This document shows, one piece after another, positions 37,027-48,070 of a stretch of DNA of 64,000 nucleotides. The notes under the pieces were generated by a model, which was not told the origin of the DNA, ran no database searches, and saw nothing but the letters and a program-made list of their open reading frames with translations. The translations under genes were made by a program, and so were the position numbers. The stretch comes from Tricharina praecox (Eukaryota): positions 186,001 through 250,000 of the forward strand of contig NW_026250435.1 in NCBI RefSeq assembly GCF_024521635.1. Direction: 5' to 3'. Numbering within the stretch: the first letter of the stretch is position 1; each line of letters starts with the position of its first letter.

Positions 37027-39210
37027 ATGTCTCCCATAATAGCGCTCGCAGCCACGCCGGGATTGGACGACCTGAAGACACCGTTTTTTCTCGAAAGGCA
37101 TCTACAAGAGCTTCTCAGTTCGATTCAGAAGTCTACTCTCGACCCGCCCCTCACTGTGTCCGACCTCGACCCCGAAATACTCAAGCGCATCAAGTCCACC
37201 ACCGCCGCCGATGACTACTACAAGACGTCACTAGAAACAGCGCACAAGGCAATCCTCTATGATATATCTGTTAGTCTAACCTCAGTCATGCCCACCATCG
37301 AAACTCCTACTGACACTTCTATCCATAGGTTTCACAAGATCCAGACGACGATGCGACGATAGTTGCCTACGGGAATCTCGTCGATTGCGCCTTAATCTTT
37401 ACCGAATTGGAGATGGCAGACTCCAACATGCCATTTACACTGCTCGAAGAACTGTTCGATACTCAGATCATTCCGACTTGCGAACGACTATTCAACTACC
37501 TCGAGTCCCGGGTGGAGCGACTAACTGTGGGTATGGAGAGCGGGAAAGGAAAGGCTCTCATACTACTTCGATTATGCAACGAGCTACTCCGTCGACTATC
37601 GAAGGCTGAAGACACCATTTTCTGCGGCCGAATATTGATATTCCTGAGCAAGAGTTTCCCCATCGCCGAGCGATCGGCTGTGAACCTGAGAGGTGATTTC
37701 AACACCAACAACGTCACTATCTTCGACACGTTGCCAGAGCAGGATGAAGACTCGATGGAGATTGATGTCAATGCTTTCGCCGAGAATGAAGCAACGACGA
37801 AAGAAGGCGGCAAAGCCGTCAGTTTCAATTCGCAGATCAACTCGCAGAAACCACGACCGGAACCACAGATGAGCATGGATAAGCTATACACGGTGTTTTG
37901 GTCCATGCAGCATGATTTTGCGGATCCAACACGGTTATTCGTACCCGAGAATTTCGAACGTTTCAAGAAGGGCCTGGAAGCTACCATGGCGAAATTTAGA
38001 GAGGCGGATGATGAGAGCCTTAAGACGACGGGTGTCGCAAACAACGGTGGCAGTAGCGCACCTGGAAAGAAGCCCGACGCTAAGCCGGTACCAGCAGTCC
38101 ATGCAGGTACGAAGCGGAAGCGAGACCACGACGCCGACGAAGTCAAAGGCGGGGGGTTCAACCCCAAGTACCTGACAAGCAGGGAACTATTCGAATTGGA
38201 AGTAAGTGTTCCGTTTCACCCTAAGATCGGGTCGAGTGCTCGCTTGTGTTCAGTCTTCGCCGTTCTGAGGGCAGACGATCTATGAAGTCTATGTTACTGA
38301 CCACGTGGGCCATTAGATTAGCGATTTGACCTTTCGCAGAAATGTCCTGGTGCAAGCAATGATCTTGCTTGACTTCTTGCTGAGCTTGACGCCAGCGGCC
38401 AAGGGGAAATGGGCAGTCTTTAAGACACCCAACAGGGCGGTTCAGTATGCATTTAGCCTTGAGGCCAACGACGTATGACCCTTACTCTCTGACTCCGAGT
38501 GCTGCTTCTAACAATACTAGGAGACGTGGTGTCAAAAGACACGGAACCAGATCTCAGCCAGCCTGCAGCCGGATCAGACGGGCAAGTTGTTCATGAGACT
38601 GATCAACACCGTCCTCGCCCGTGAGCAGAACTGGGTGTTCTGGAAGGCGGAGGGATGTCACAAGTTTGACATCCCTGCTTTGGGAGTGGATGACGTCCTG
38701 GGTGCAAAGACCAGGGCATCCACCCACTGCCGACCAGAACGCCCATTTCCGTACACAATGGGCACGCCCACTCTGAACCGGCTGTGGCAAGATACGGGAA
38801 AGACCCTCCACCTCGATGACTTGGAGGACGAGGAACGGTAATTACACCCCCACACATCCTTGGCACATCATACACCTGCTGACACAAATGCCTACAGGCG
38901 GCGCGTTCCCACCTTCGAGTCCTTCCGGGTGGGGGTCGACAAAGACCTTGAGGACCTCAAGGACGCGATGCTCCCGGCGGACATCGAAGAAGGCCACAAC
39001 AGCATCCAGACTAAAACCTGGAAGGCTATGCGGTTGGCCAGTCATACCAGGTTTCCTCTATTCAATCGTTTCGACGAGAGGGTAGAGGAGACCCGGAATG
39101 ACCTTCAGATGCTCGCCGATGTCGAAGCAAAGGTCCTTGAGGAAGTCAAGGCACGCACGAGCCAGCAGCAGGCTCAGGCCCAGGTGCTGGGCGCGAAGAC
39201 ATCCGTGTAG
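37027..39210 (+). CDS. THOC1: THO complex subunit 1 (THOC1/Hpr1); 5 exons
   Basis: PFTLLEELFD, FNYLESR, KGKALILLRLCNELLRRLSKAEDTIFCGRILIFL, ERSAVNLRG, FNPKYLTSRELFELE|ISDLTFRR, VLAREQNWVFWKAEGC, TWKAMRLAS. Introns ~37270-37329, 38202-38316, 38473-38520, 38838-38897. Confidence 0.93.
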
Positions 39211-39284
39211 GAGGCGGATGACTTCGGCGTCTAGGCCTGGCCTGGCCGGCGAGCTGGTACGTGTCCCGTATCCTGGGTGTGGTG

Positions 39285-39460
39285 GTTGGGGTCTGGTTCC
39301 CGCCTCGTTGTTGGTCTGGCGGTTGGTCTGGTTTCCGGCGGTTGGTCTTTTTCCCGTCCGGTGGTTGTTCTGGTTCCCGTCTCGCGTTTCGTCTGGCGGT
39401 CGGTCTGGTTCCTGTCTGGTTCCGGTCTGGCGGTTGGTCTGACGGCTGGTCTGGCCTGAA
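39285..39460. repeat. Degenerate GGTCTGGCGGTT-type repeat downstream of THOC1
   Basis: Many GGTCTGG / GCGGTTGGTCT / CTGGTTCC units. Confidence 0.7.
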
Positions 39461-42400
39461 GACCTGTTTTTCTTCTTTTTTTTCCTTTTTTTCTTTTTCT
39501 TTTTCCCTTTTCTTTTTCTTTTTCTTGATTTTTTTTCTCCCATATCTCTCTCTTACGTGTGTGTGATCATTCTCTTTTCTTTCTATCTTACGTGTGTGAT
39601 CAGTTGGATCGATGTCGCAGATATAGTGCCGCCGACTGATTTGGATGGGGAACTTGGAAGGAGATGGTTATTTTGGGGCGTACGGTTCACATTCCGAAAT
39701 TAATGCTGGGAGAACGGTTGAACTGCTCCTGGAGTCCTGCCTGGGGGGTGGAGGGCTATTATGTGGGTTCAAGGTTCTTCCCGCCTTGTTCTTCAGTCTA
39801 TGTACATACAATACGCGTTCTTTTACTCGCTGGCGAAGAAGGGAAAGAAGAAGAAGCATTCGCGGCGCCGCGGCGGCGGGCGCGTATGTAGGCACCGGTA
39901 CCTGATCCCATCGCGCGGGGGAACAGCCTAGGTACTCAGGCAGGTAGGTGCTCTACTCAACCGCTGCGTACCTTGCATGTGTGCACTCTATCGTCCCCAT
40001 CCCCATCCCTTCCCCTGGCTGTGGAGGAGAGGGGGGGACAATGCCATCCCGAGGAGGGAGCAAGTGCAGCCGTCCCCCTCTCGCGAGCTCATCCGAGGCC
40101 CCCCTCACGACCAATGTCAAACACTACACGGACGGGTACCTGAATGATCTGCAGCCGCGGGGGGTTTGGGCACCCACACTCAAACATATAGGTACACATA
40201 CACGCAGATACAGACATATAGGCATACGCACATCCATGGCCGCTGCGCGTCGTGTTGGTGGTGGTGTTGGTAGTGGTGGCAGTGGAACCGTCGGCCCGAA
40301 CCAACGGCCAACGGCGAGGCGGGAAATAAGCTTTCTGGATGGAGGGGAATTAAGGGGTTGTGCAGCGCTGCGCGGCGGTGGTGACGGTGACGGTGACGGT
40401 GGTGGTGACGGTTGGAGTGGATACCTGTCTACCTGCCTACCTGCCCAGTGGTATGAGGTATGAGGTATGAGGCATGTATGTAGGACTTACGGGCACCGGG
40501 CACCGGGCGGGGGTGGGCGTTGTCTGCAGTCTGTCAGTCTGCCTGCCTGTCTGGCTTTTTGTTCAATAATTGCATTCGACCATAGTAGATCATGGCAGAA
40601 CACCTATATATCCTTTTCAACCTTTTCTACCTAGCACTGGCTATCCTGTCTGTTAGTCTGTCTGTCTAGATGGCGATGAATCTCACTCGTCCTCATCCTC
40701 AACCAGCGAGCGAGCGGCCGTGATCAACGTTCCGCCACCAGCCACTGGATGTCCGCCACTAAACGTTCCGCCACGACGGCTCACGGGGTGATCGCTGTTT
40801 AGTCATTCCCCCCCAGCCCCACCGCACCCCGTATCCACCCGGCCCCCCGGCCCAAGCTGCTCGTCTTCGCCTCCCCGCCCGCCGGATTACCAAGCCCCAC
40901 TCTCCCCTTCCCCACCTCCCCCGTTCTCCTACCCTCGTCGTATCAGTGATTACCGAGTGACAACCCATGAACGCCCGCATTATTCCGCACCGTGCTGTGC
41001 GGCGTGCTGCATTCCACGTGCATAATTTTGTCTGGTTTGGTCTGGTTTGGTTTACAATTGCGGGGTGGTTATCTACATCTACTATCTACATCTGCATCTA
41101 TTCATAGCATCTGCCTGTGTATGTGTGTGTGTGCGTGTTGGATGTATGGGCCGAGTCTCAGATGATCTTCAGATTACGACTATGGTGGGCTGTATCTGTA
41201 TGGCTAGCTAGCTGTGCCTGAGAGGAGAGAGAAAGCCGACCAGTGGATGAGTGATTGTCGATTTTGGCCCCCAGCCAGCCAGCCAGCATGGCGGGGGAGG
41301 GAGGGGGGGAGGGGGAGGCGAGGCGAGAATGGGGGGGGGGGGGGGGTGGTAAGCTTGAGATTTTCTTTTCTTTCCTCTTCTCCCTGCTCTGATCAGCTCC
41401 GTTTTCTCCCGCCCCAGGTGCCCAGGTGTAGACAGAGTGGATCGGACAATATATTGAATTGGCCGCCGGCCCACCACCACCAGCACCGCTACCACTACCA
41501 GCACCACCACCACCGCTACGACTAACTACCCCCTGTCTATAGTATATCTACGTACCTCTCAATATCTGTCTATCTATCAATCATCTATAGCTCTGCGTAC
41601 ACTACTACACTGTACTGTGCTGTACAGTACAGACAACCCGCAATCATCCCCCCCTCCTCTCACTGTCCCTCCCTTCCCCATCCTCGGATGAACCCCAATA
41701 TATTTCCGGCCAACCCTGTAACCTCCCCCCTCCCTCCAAGGCAAGGTGGTCCAGCCGCCACCCATCACTAGGGATCTTGACACACACTGTGCACACACAC
41801 ACATACACTGACACACACACACTGGCTCACACACACAATCGCCATTGCCAGGATAACCGTTCTTGCGGTCGTGGAGGAAGTGGTGGTGGTGGTGGTGGTG
41901 GTAGTGGTGGAGGTGTTGCCTAGGTTCGCTCTCCTCCCTCTCCTCCCTCTCCACCCAATCCTTTAATGACCTTTGTGAGCCGGCATCTCCTGCTCCAGCG
42001 TGCCGAGAATGATGATTCTGCATTGCTGGCAAGGTGAGACTCGAGACTCGAGAGGAGGGGGAGGAGAAAAAAAAATAAGACAGTTGCGTTGGGTTGCGTG
42101 ATGGCCTATCCTACCTACCCTATCCTATGAGGACCATTAGCCATGTCGGTATCGGGCAGTTTTGTCTATCCTACCCACCCCCTGTCCCCCATACTCCTCC
42201 TCCCGGGATGAATGGATGGATGGATGCGGATAACGCAACGCAGAACGACAGACAGACACGTGCACGTGCACGCCGTTTGCTCCGTGCAGCACAGTAGCAC
42301 AGCAGCAACCAGCCCTGTGCCGATGTTTTCTGCTGCTCGTGCAGTAGATCCTCCCCCCCTCCCCCTCCCCCTCGCCCTCCCCCCTGTTGCTGCTTGCTCG

Positions 42401-45397
42401 TCGATGACTCCGCCGCACCCAACAGGTCCGATGTAAAGGCACAGCACATGTTGCTTGCTAGTTAGCGGTTGGCCGAGATACAAGGTGCGTTGCGTTGCGT
42501 TGGATCACCCTCAATGTCCCCCTTCCCCCCCCCGTTCGTTCGTTGTCTGTCTGCTCGCTCCATGATGGTCCGCATATCACATCATCATTTTGCTCCCTAG
42601 TATGTATCCGAGCATCCCCGCGCGAATTGAGTGGACTTGTTTGTGGTAGCGGGATATCGGACGGGACGGGAGATGATTCCCCAGCCTACAGGAAGCGACA
42701 CCGAGTCGAGTCGACAGTTTGTAGCCGGCAGGCAGGCAGGCCTAGCTAAGTGTGTGGCGAGGACCGGAATGCTGACCGGTGATTGTGGTGGTAGTAGTGG
42801 TAATGGTAGTGGTGGTGTGAGGGGGGGTAGAAAATGTTCATGCAAGTGTAGTGAGTGAGTAAGTGAGTGGTGCCTTCTGTGCCGCGGACACGTATGGGAG
42901 CCATCGAAGCTGCCGCTGTTGCTGTGTCGGGAAGTGTGCAGGGCTCGGCGAACGGTATGAGTTTTTTTTTCTCTCGAAGTTGTACAGAACCGTATCCCGC
43001 GTGCAGTGCACGTAACGCCGGATGGGGAAGTGACTCGACTCGGTGTTTGTGCTGGAGATAGGTGGACGGGCGCAGTTGCATCTGACTCTGCCCCCGGCCC
43101 TTCATGTTGTGCCATGATTTGGCGGAGACACAAGCACAGGTCGTGCTCCTACTACGTTGTGCTGTGGCTAGGAGGATCCGTAGCAGCACTCATCACCAGC
43201 CAGGCAGACAGATGCCAGAGGGCGACGTTGGCGTGGTGATGGTGCTGGTGGTGGTGGTGGTGGCGCACACGGAAGATAGATTAGTGTGAGCCCGGTAAAT
43301 TTCGATGGGGAGTTCGTCTCTGCGGCCTCGTAGGTGTGAATCCACCATCGCATAGCCACAGATAGATAGATAGGCGGGTAGAGTACATGATACTGGCCTT
43401 AGTTAGTTTGATTTTGTCCGGGAGGGGGAGGGAAGGTGGGGTGGAGTGGAGTGGGGAGGTCTAGCGAGTGATTCACAGTGATACAGCACTCCAACTTTGA
43501 TTCCGTAGTGCCCGACAAACGGAGAAAAGATGATTGTGTGGGAGCCCCAAGATCGGAGGACGGGGGGGGGGGTGCAGTGGATGCTACTGGAATAGCTCAG
43601 CTGTACGTGTGATACCCCCCCTCTTCCTGCCTTGTGGGCGGGTGAATGGCAATGGACTTGAGGCGGACGGCCGACTTCTCCGGCGGCCGCGGGATCAAGA
43701 CAAGCTGGAACAGCGCACAAACGCCGGGCACACCAGGAGGAAGTTGCATGGAGGGATCGATGCCGGCGTAGCAAGCGGAGAAGTAGGAGCAGTAGGAGTA
43801 TGAGTAGGAGGAGGGATGTACGTGCTCACCCGGGACAGGTGGAGGGGGGCGGGGGCGGTGGTTTCGGGGGGAACGGCGACAACGCCCCGTAAGCTGAACT
43901 GACTTTCGTTTGGGGAACGTTGACGGAGGAGGAATGGTGAGGTGGGGGAGTGGAAGGCGGACGGAGGGATTTCGCCCGTGGTCGAGCTGCCGCTGCCCCG
44001 CACCCATGGAGCCGCGGCCCCCGAGGAGCAAACCGGATGCTATGATGGGAGGAATAACCCCTCACGATGGATCAGGCGTGGCCGACCGACCTTTGCATTC
44101 GCAACATGCAGCCCCACCGGCAGGATGGGCGGCGAGTTTCGATCCATCACACATAGATTGAACGAACAATCAATCTAGTATGTGTATGTAGTAGCCTGTG
44201 AGGGCTGCAGGCATGCTAGGTAGGTATGGGTTTCGACCCGATCGCTGGGGCGGACCTCCTGGTAACAATCTGAGACACCGAAGTACCAAAACCCAGTACC
44301 AGGCTGAACGATATGTACGTCGGTGTATAACAATAATAATAATGGCATCATCATCGGGATCTGAGGTACAGCGGGGGTTCAGCCTAGGTGTCTCACTCGG
44401 GGGTGGGGAGTACTGGAGTAATCGTGATTACTAGCATAGCAGCGTGGAGGACGGGTCTTGGCCCGAGGTGTCGTCCACAACCATGATGCTCCGCCCTGGA
44501 GGGAGGGTCGGGGGTTCGATCTTGCGACACGATACGACAGATGGCAGAGCCACAGCCATAGGTTTGGGCAATTCTCGGCGCAACCCACCCTGGGCCAAAA
44601 CTCGGCTGACGATGGGATTCGGGCCTGGTGGATGGTGATGCTCACGCGAGTAGTAGCGAGGGAGTAGAATTCCGCCGAGTGCCGAAGAAAACCAAATAGA
44701 GACCAATGGGGGCAATTCAGTGGGTTCACTGTTCACCTCGTCCCTGACGTTAAGGGGGTTTCAGCCGCCTCGAAACAGGCCGATCAGGCGAGGTCAGGTA
44801 CGAGAGCCGGTGGAGGAAGCGGTACCTGCTTACCTGGAAGCCGAGCGGCCGGCGGGATCTCGTGCTAGTTGTCCGCCAGCCACTTTCCCTAGACGTGGTA
44901 GGTACGTGTATCTCCCGATACGTAGCGCCGTGCTCGAGCGTTGGAGAAATGTACCGTGGGGTACCGTGGGTACCGTGGGTGAGGACTTTGAAATGTCTTG
45001 CCTCATTTTTCTTTCTTTTTCTTTCTTTTTCTTTTTCTTTTCTCTTTTTCTTTTTCTCTCACTTTTTTTTTTCTCTCACTTTTTTTCTTTCTCTTTTCTC
45101 TTTTTTCTCTTGCGTCTTTTTATCATTTTTCTTTTTATCATTTTTCTCTCTCTCGGGATCCAGGAGAACTCGCCCACAAGAGCGCGCTCACGTCGCAACT
45201 TACCCAACGGCCTTCCAACTTCGAGGCAGACCTCCGAGCGCACCTCCGGCGTGCGAACCCCCCAACGCCCCAACTCACGAACCCACCCACCAAGCCAGCC
45301 AGGATAAAGATGATCCGGCGGCGGCGGCCATTCATTATTATTCCCTGCGCCGCGACCGACTGACTCGTACGTTGCGGTTGCGGTTGTAGTTCTAGCT

Positions 45398-45453
45398 GGG
45401 GTTTGGGTTTGGGTTTGGGTTTGGGTTTGGGTTGGGGGGGGGGGGGGAGGGGG
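45398..45453 (+). repeat. (GGGTTT)n run followed by poly-G
   Basis: Read directly from the sequence. Confidence 0.85.
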
Positions 45454-47259
45454 AGCGCCGGATGGGGATCATGGTATCTGGGCGTCTGTTCGGCATCCGG
45501 CTTGCTATCTCCGCCAGTTTCAACCGTTTTTTTGATCCGAGGTGGGCAGGCTTCTAGAAGCGCGCATGGGTGGCCCCCGGGGTGGACGGGGGGGCTGATG
45601 GCGTTATGTGTCTTAGTTACACACAGTGCACAGTGCTCACAGACAGGCTCCGCGCCGAAGCTGACCGATGTGCCCAGCAGGGAGGGCAGCGTGGGCGAGG
45701 GGCAGGGAGGGTAGGCAGGAAGAGGGCGAGGGGCAGGAAGAAGGTGGAGAAAGTGGTGGTGGAGGAGCAGGAGCAGGAGCGACGCCAGGCGAAACCCGAT
45801 CTAAATGATCGTGATAGATGACCACGATCTCACCAACGGTAGAGTAGAGTATCTACCGGTACTCGGCGACGGGGCCCAACTGAACCAGCCAAGGCCAGTA
45901 GCCAGTCAGCTATGTACGGTGCATGGCAGCAGTAGCAGCGGCAGCCTCGAACGGGTTCGCCCGACGTCACCGGCATTTGGTCCGACATACACACTCTTGA
46001 GTCTTGAGTGAGATAGGGACCAGGTACCGTAGCTACCGATCTTACATGCGCTGCAGCAGCAGCCATTAGGTTTTCCGCAAAGTCCAAACTGGTCTGCATC
46101 CGCCGCCGCCTGCGTGCGAACCTCTCCCACTCCCCTCCCCTCCCTCCCCCGGGCCCCCGACACTCGCCATAATAGCCTGCTGCACCGCCGGCAGCAGCTT
46201 CGAGTCAAACCTCGACGAGCGTTAAAAATAAGAAAGCGGGCTAAAATCACCAGCTGCTTGTGACGAACAAGATGATGCAAGTGCTCGTCGTTGCAGAAGT
46301 GTGAACGGCCCTACATGCACACATACATGTCAGGGGAAGGGAGGAGGGAAGAGAGGGAGGGGGGCGCCGGAGCTTGCCTCCAATTTTACCGATCTCGCTC
46401 GGGTGCATTTGTGGGCAAATCGGAAGCTGGAGCCCCTGCCTTGTTGACTGACTATAGGTAAAAGTGACTTCTTCCTTCCTGGTGGAAGGAAGAAGCCCCC
46501 AGTCGCCGGAATGTGCCATGGCCCATGGGCTGTGGCGCCTGCCCGCCAGCCGGCCGTTGGGGATATGGATTCGCGTCCTTCCCTTGCCTTGCCCTCCATG
46601 GCCTTGCGTTTACTCCATGGCCCGTGCCGTTGTGTAGCATACTCTAGAGAAGGTAGTTCGCTGAAAAAGCTACCGTGGTTTCCCTGGGAGAGGGAGAAGG
46701 GAGCGGTCCTGCCAGAGTCCATGGCGCCTAAACGTAAATACTCGACATGTAGACTCCAGAGTAGGGAAGTTCCTCCGTCGTCCCTCATCCGGCATGTGTA
46801 ACTACTAGCAACTACTAGCAACCAACTAGCCCCGTCCTTCTTTCACGAGCGCGGGGCTAAACAGTGCTCGGCTCCAGAAAATGGCATATGAAAGTCTTCA
46901 TTTGCGTCCCGGAATTCCCCTGCTGCTGCTACTGCTGCTACTGCTGCTACTGCTGCTGGCTGGAAGCTGTTGCTTACTCTATACCACGCGGACCGAGAGA
47001 GAGAGAGAGTCGGTATGGGATGGGATGGGACTTGCCGGCACGCTTAACGTTGCTCGAGGCTTGAGGAGGCTTGAGTGTGGTGATATGTACCGGTACCGAT
47101 ATACTTGCCCATATGATAACCCACGGTGATACCTATCTGTAAACCCTACACATACGCCATAAACACCCACTGTATCTACACCCGCACATCCACTGTACAT
47201 ACACTGTATCTACATACATACCGTAAATCATACACACGCACGCCATCCTTCGCCTCGCT

Positions 47260-47550
47260 CGCGGCGCAAACCACCCACACGCAATCTATCCTTAAGCTTC
47301 CCCTCACGCCGGCGCAAACCACCCACACGCAATCAATCAATCATTCCCCGGCCCTCGCGGCGCAAACCACCCACACCCACACTCTCTCACCCCCCCCCCC
47401 CCCCCCCAGACCCACACACACTTACACGCCCACACTTACACTTACAATTACCCCTCCACGCCGGCGGCGGCAGCGGCTCAACTCAACTCAACTCAACTCA
47501 ACTCAACTCAGCCCAGCTCCAGAGTCCAGAGTCCAGAGTCCAGAGTCCAG
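47260..47550. repeat. Repeat cluster: GGCGCAAACCACCCACAC x3, (CTCAA)n, (CCAGAGT)n
   Basis: Copies at ~47262, ~47311 and ~47359; short tandem arrays at ~47477-47510 and ~47519-47550. Confidence 0.8.
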
Positions 47551-47878
47551 CCAGGATGTCAACCCTCAACACCTCAAGCCTCAAGCGATGAAGGCTGTAG
47601 CCGTTTGTCTATCATACCCATTCGTCGATCTCAGCCACCCTCCCCCCCTCCCCCCCTCCTCCCTCCTACCTATCTAGTATGTAGTGGGCACTGGGGAGGG
47701 GGTGGATGTCGATAGAGAAAAGAAAAGAAAAGAAAATCTCCGCACATCCACTGGGCTCGCTTGTGGGCACGACGGGGCAAGACGGAGTTGAACTGCCAAT
47801 CTGCCACACGAGGTGCAGCGATGTTGTACTGTGTAGTAGTTAGTAGTGGTTAGTAGTGGTGGCTACTGGTTGGTTGGG

Positions 47879-48070
47879 TATGTTTGGTTGGGTATGTTTG
47901 GTTGGGTATGTTTGGTTGGGTATGTTTGGGTATGTTTGGGTATGTTTGGGTATGTTTGGGTATGTTTGGGTATGTTTGGCTATGTTTGGCTATGTTTGGC
48001 TATGTTTGGCTATGTTTGGCTATGTTTGGCTATGTTTGGCTATGTTTGGCTATGTTTGGCTATGTTTGAC
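47879..48070. repeat. Compound minisatellite: TATGTTTGGTTGGG x3, TATGTTTGGG x5, TATGTTTGGC x9
   Basis: Read directly; ends in a degenerate TATGTTTGAC. Confidence 0.95.

Noticed and set aside
44440..44530. GGTTCGAT T-loop-like motif suggesting a tRNA
   Set aside because: No cloverleaf: acceptor and T stems do not pair.
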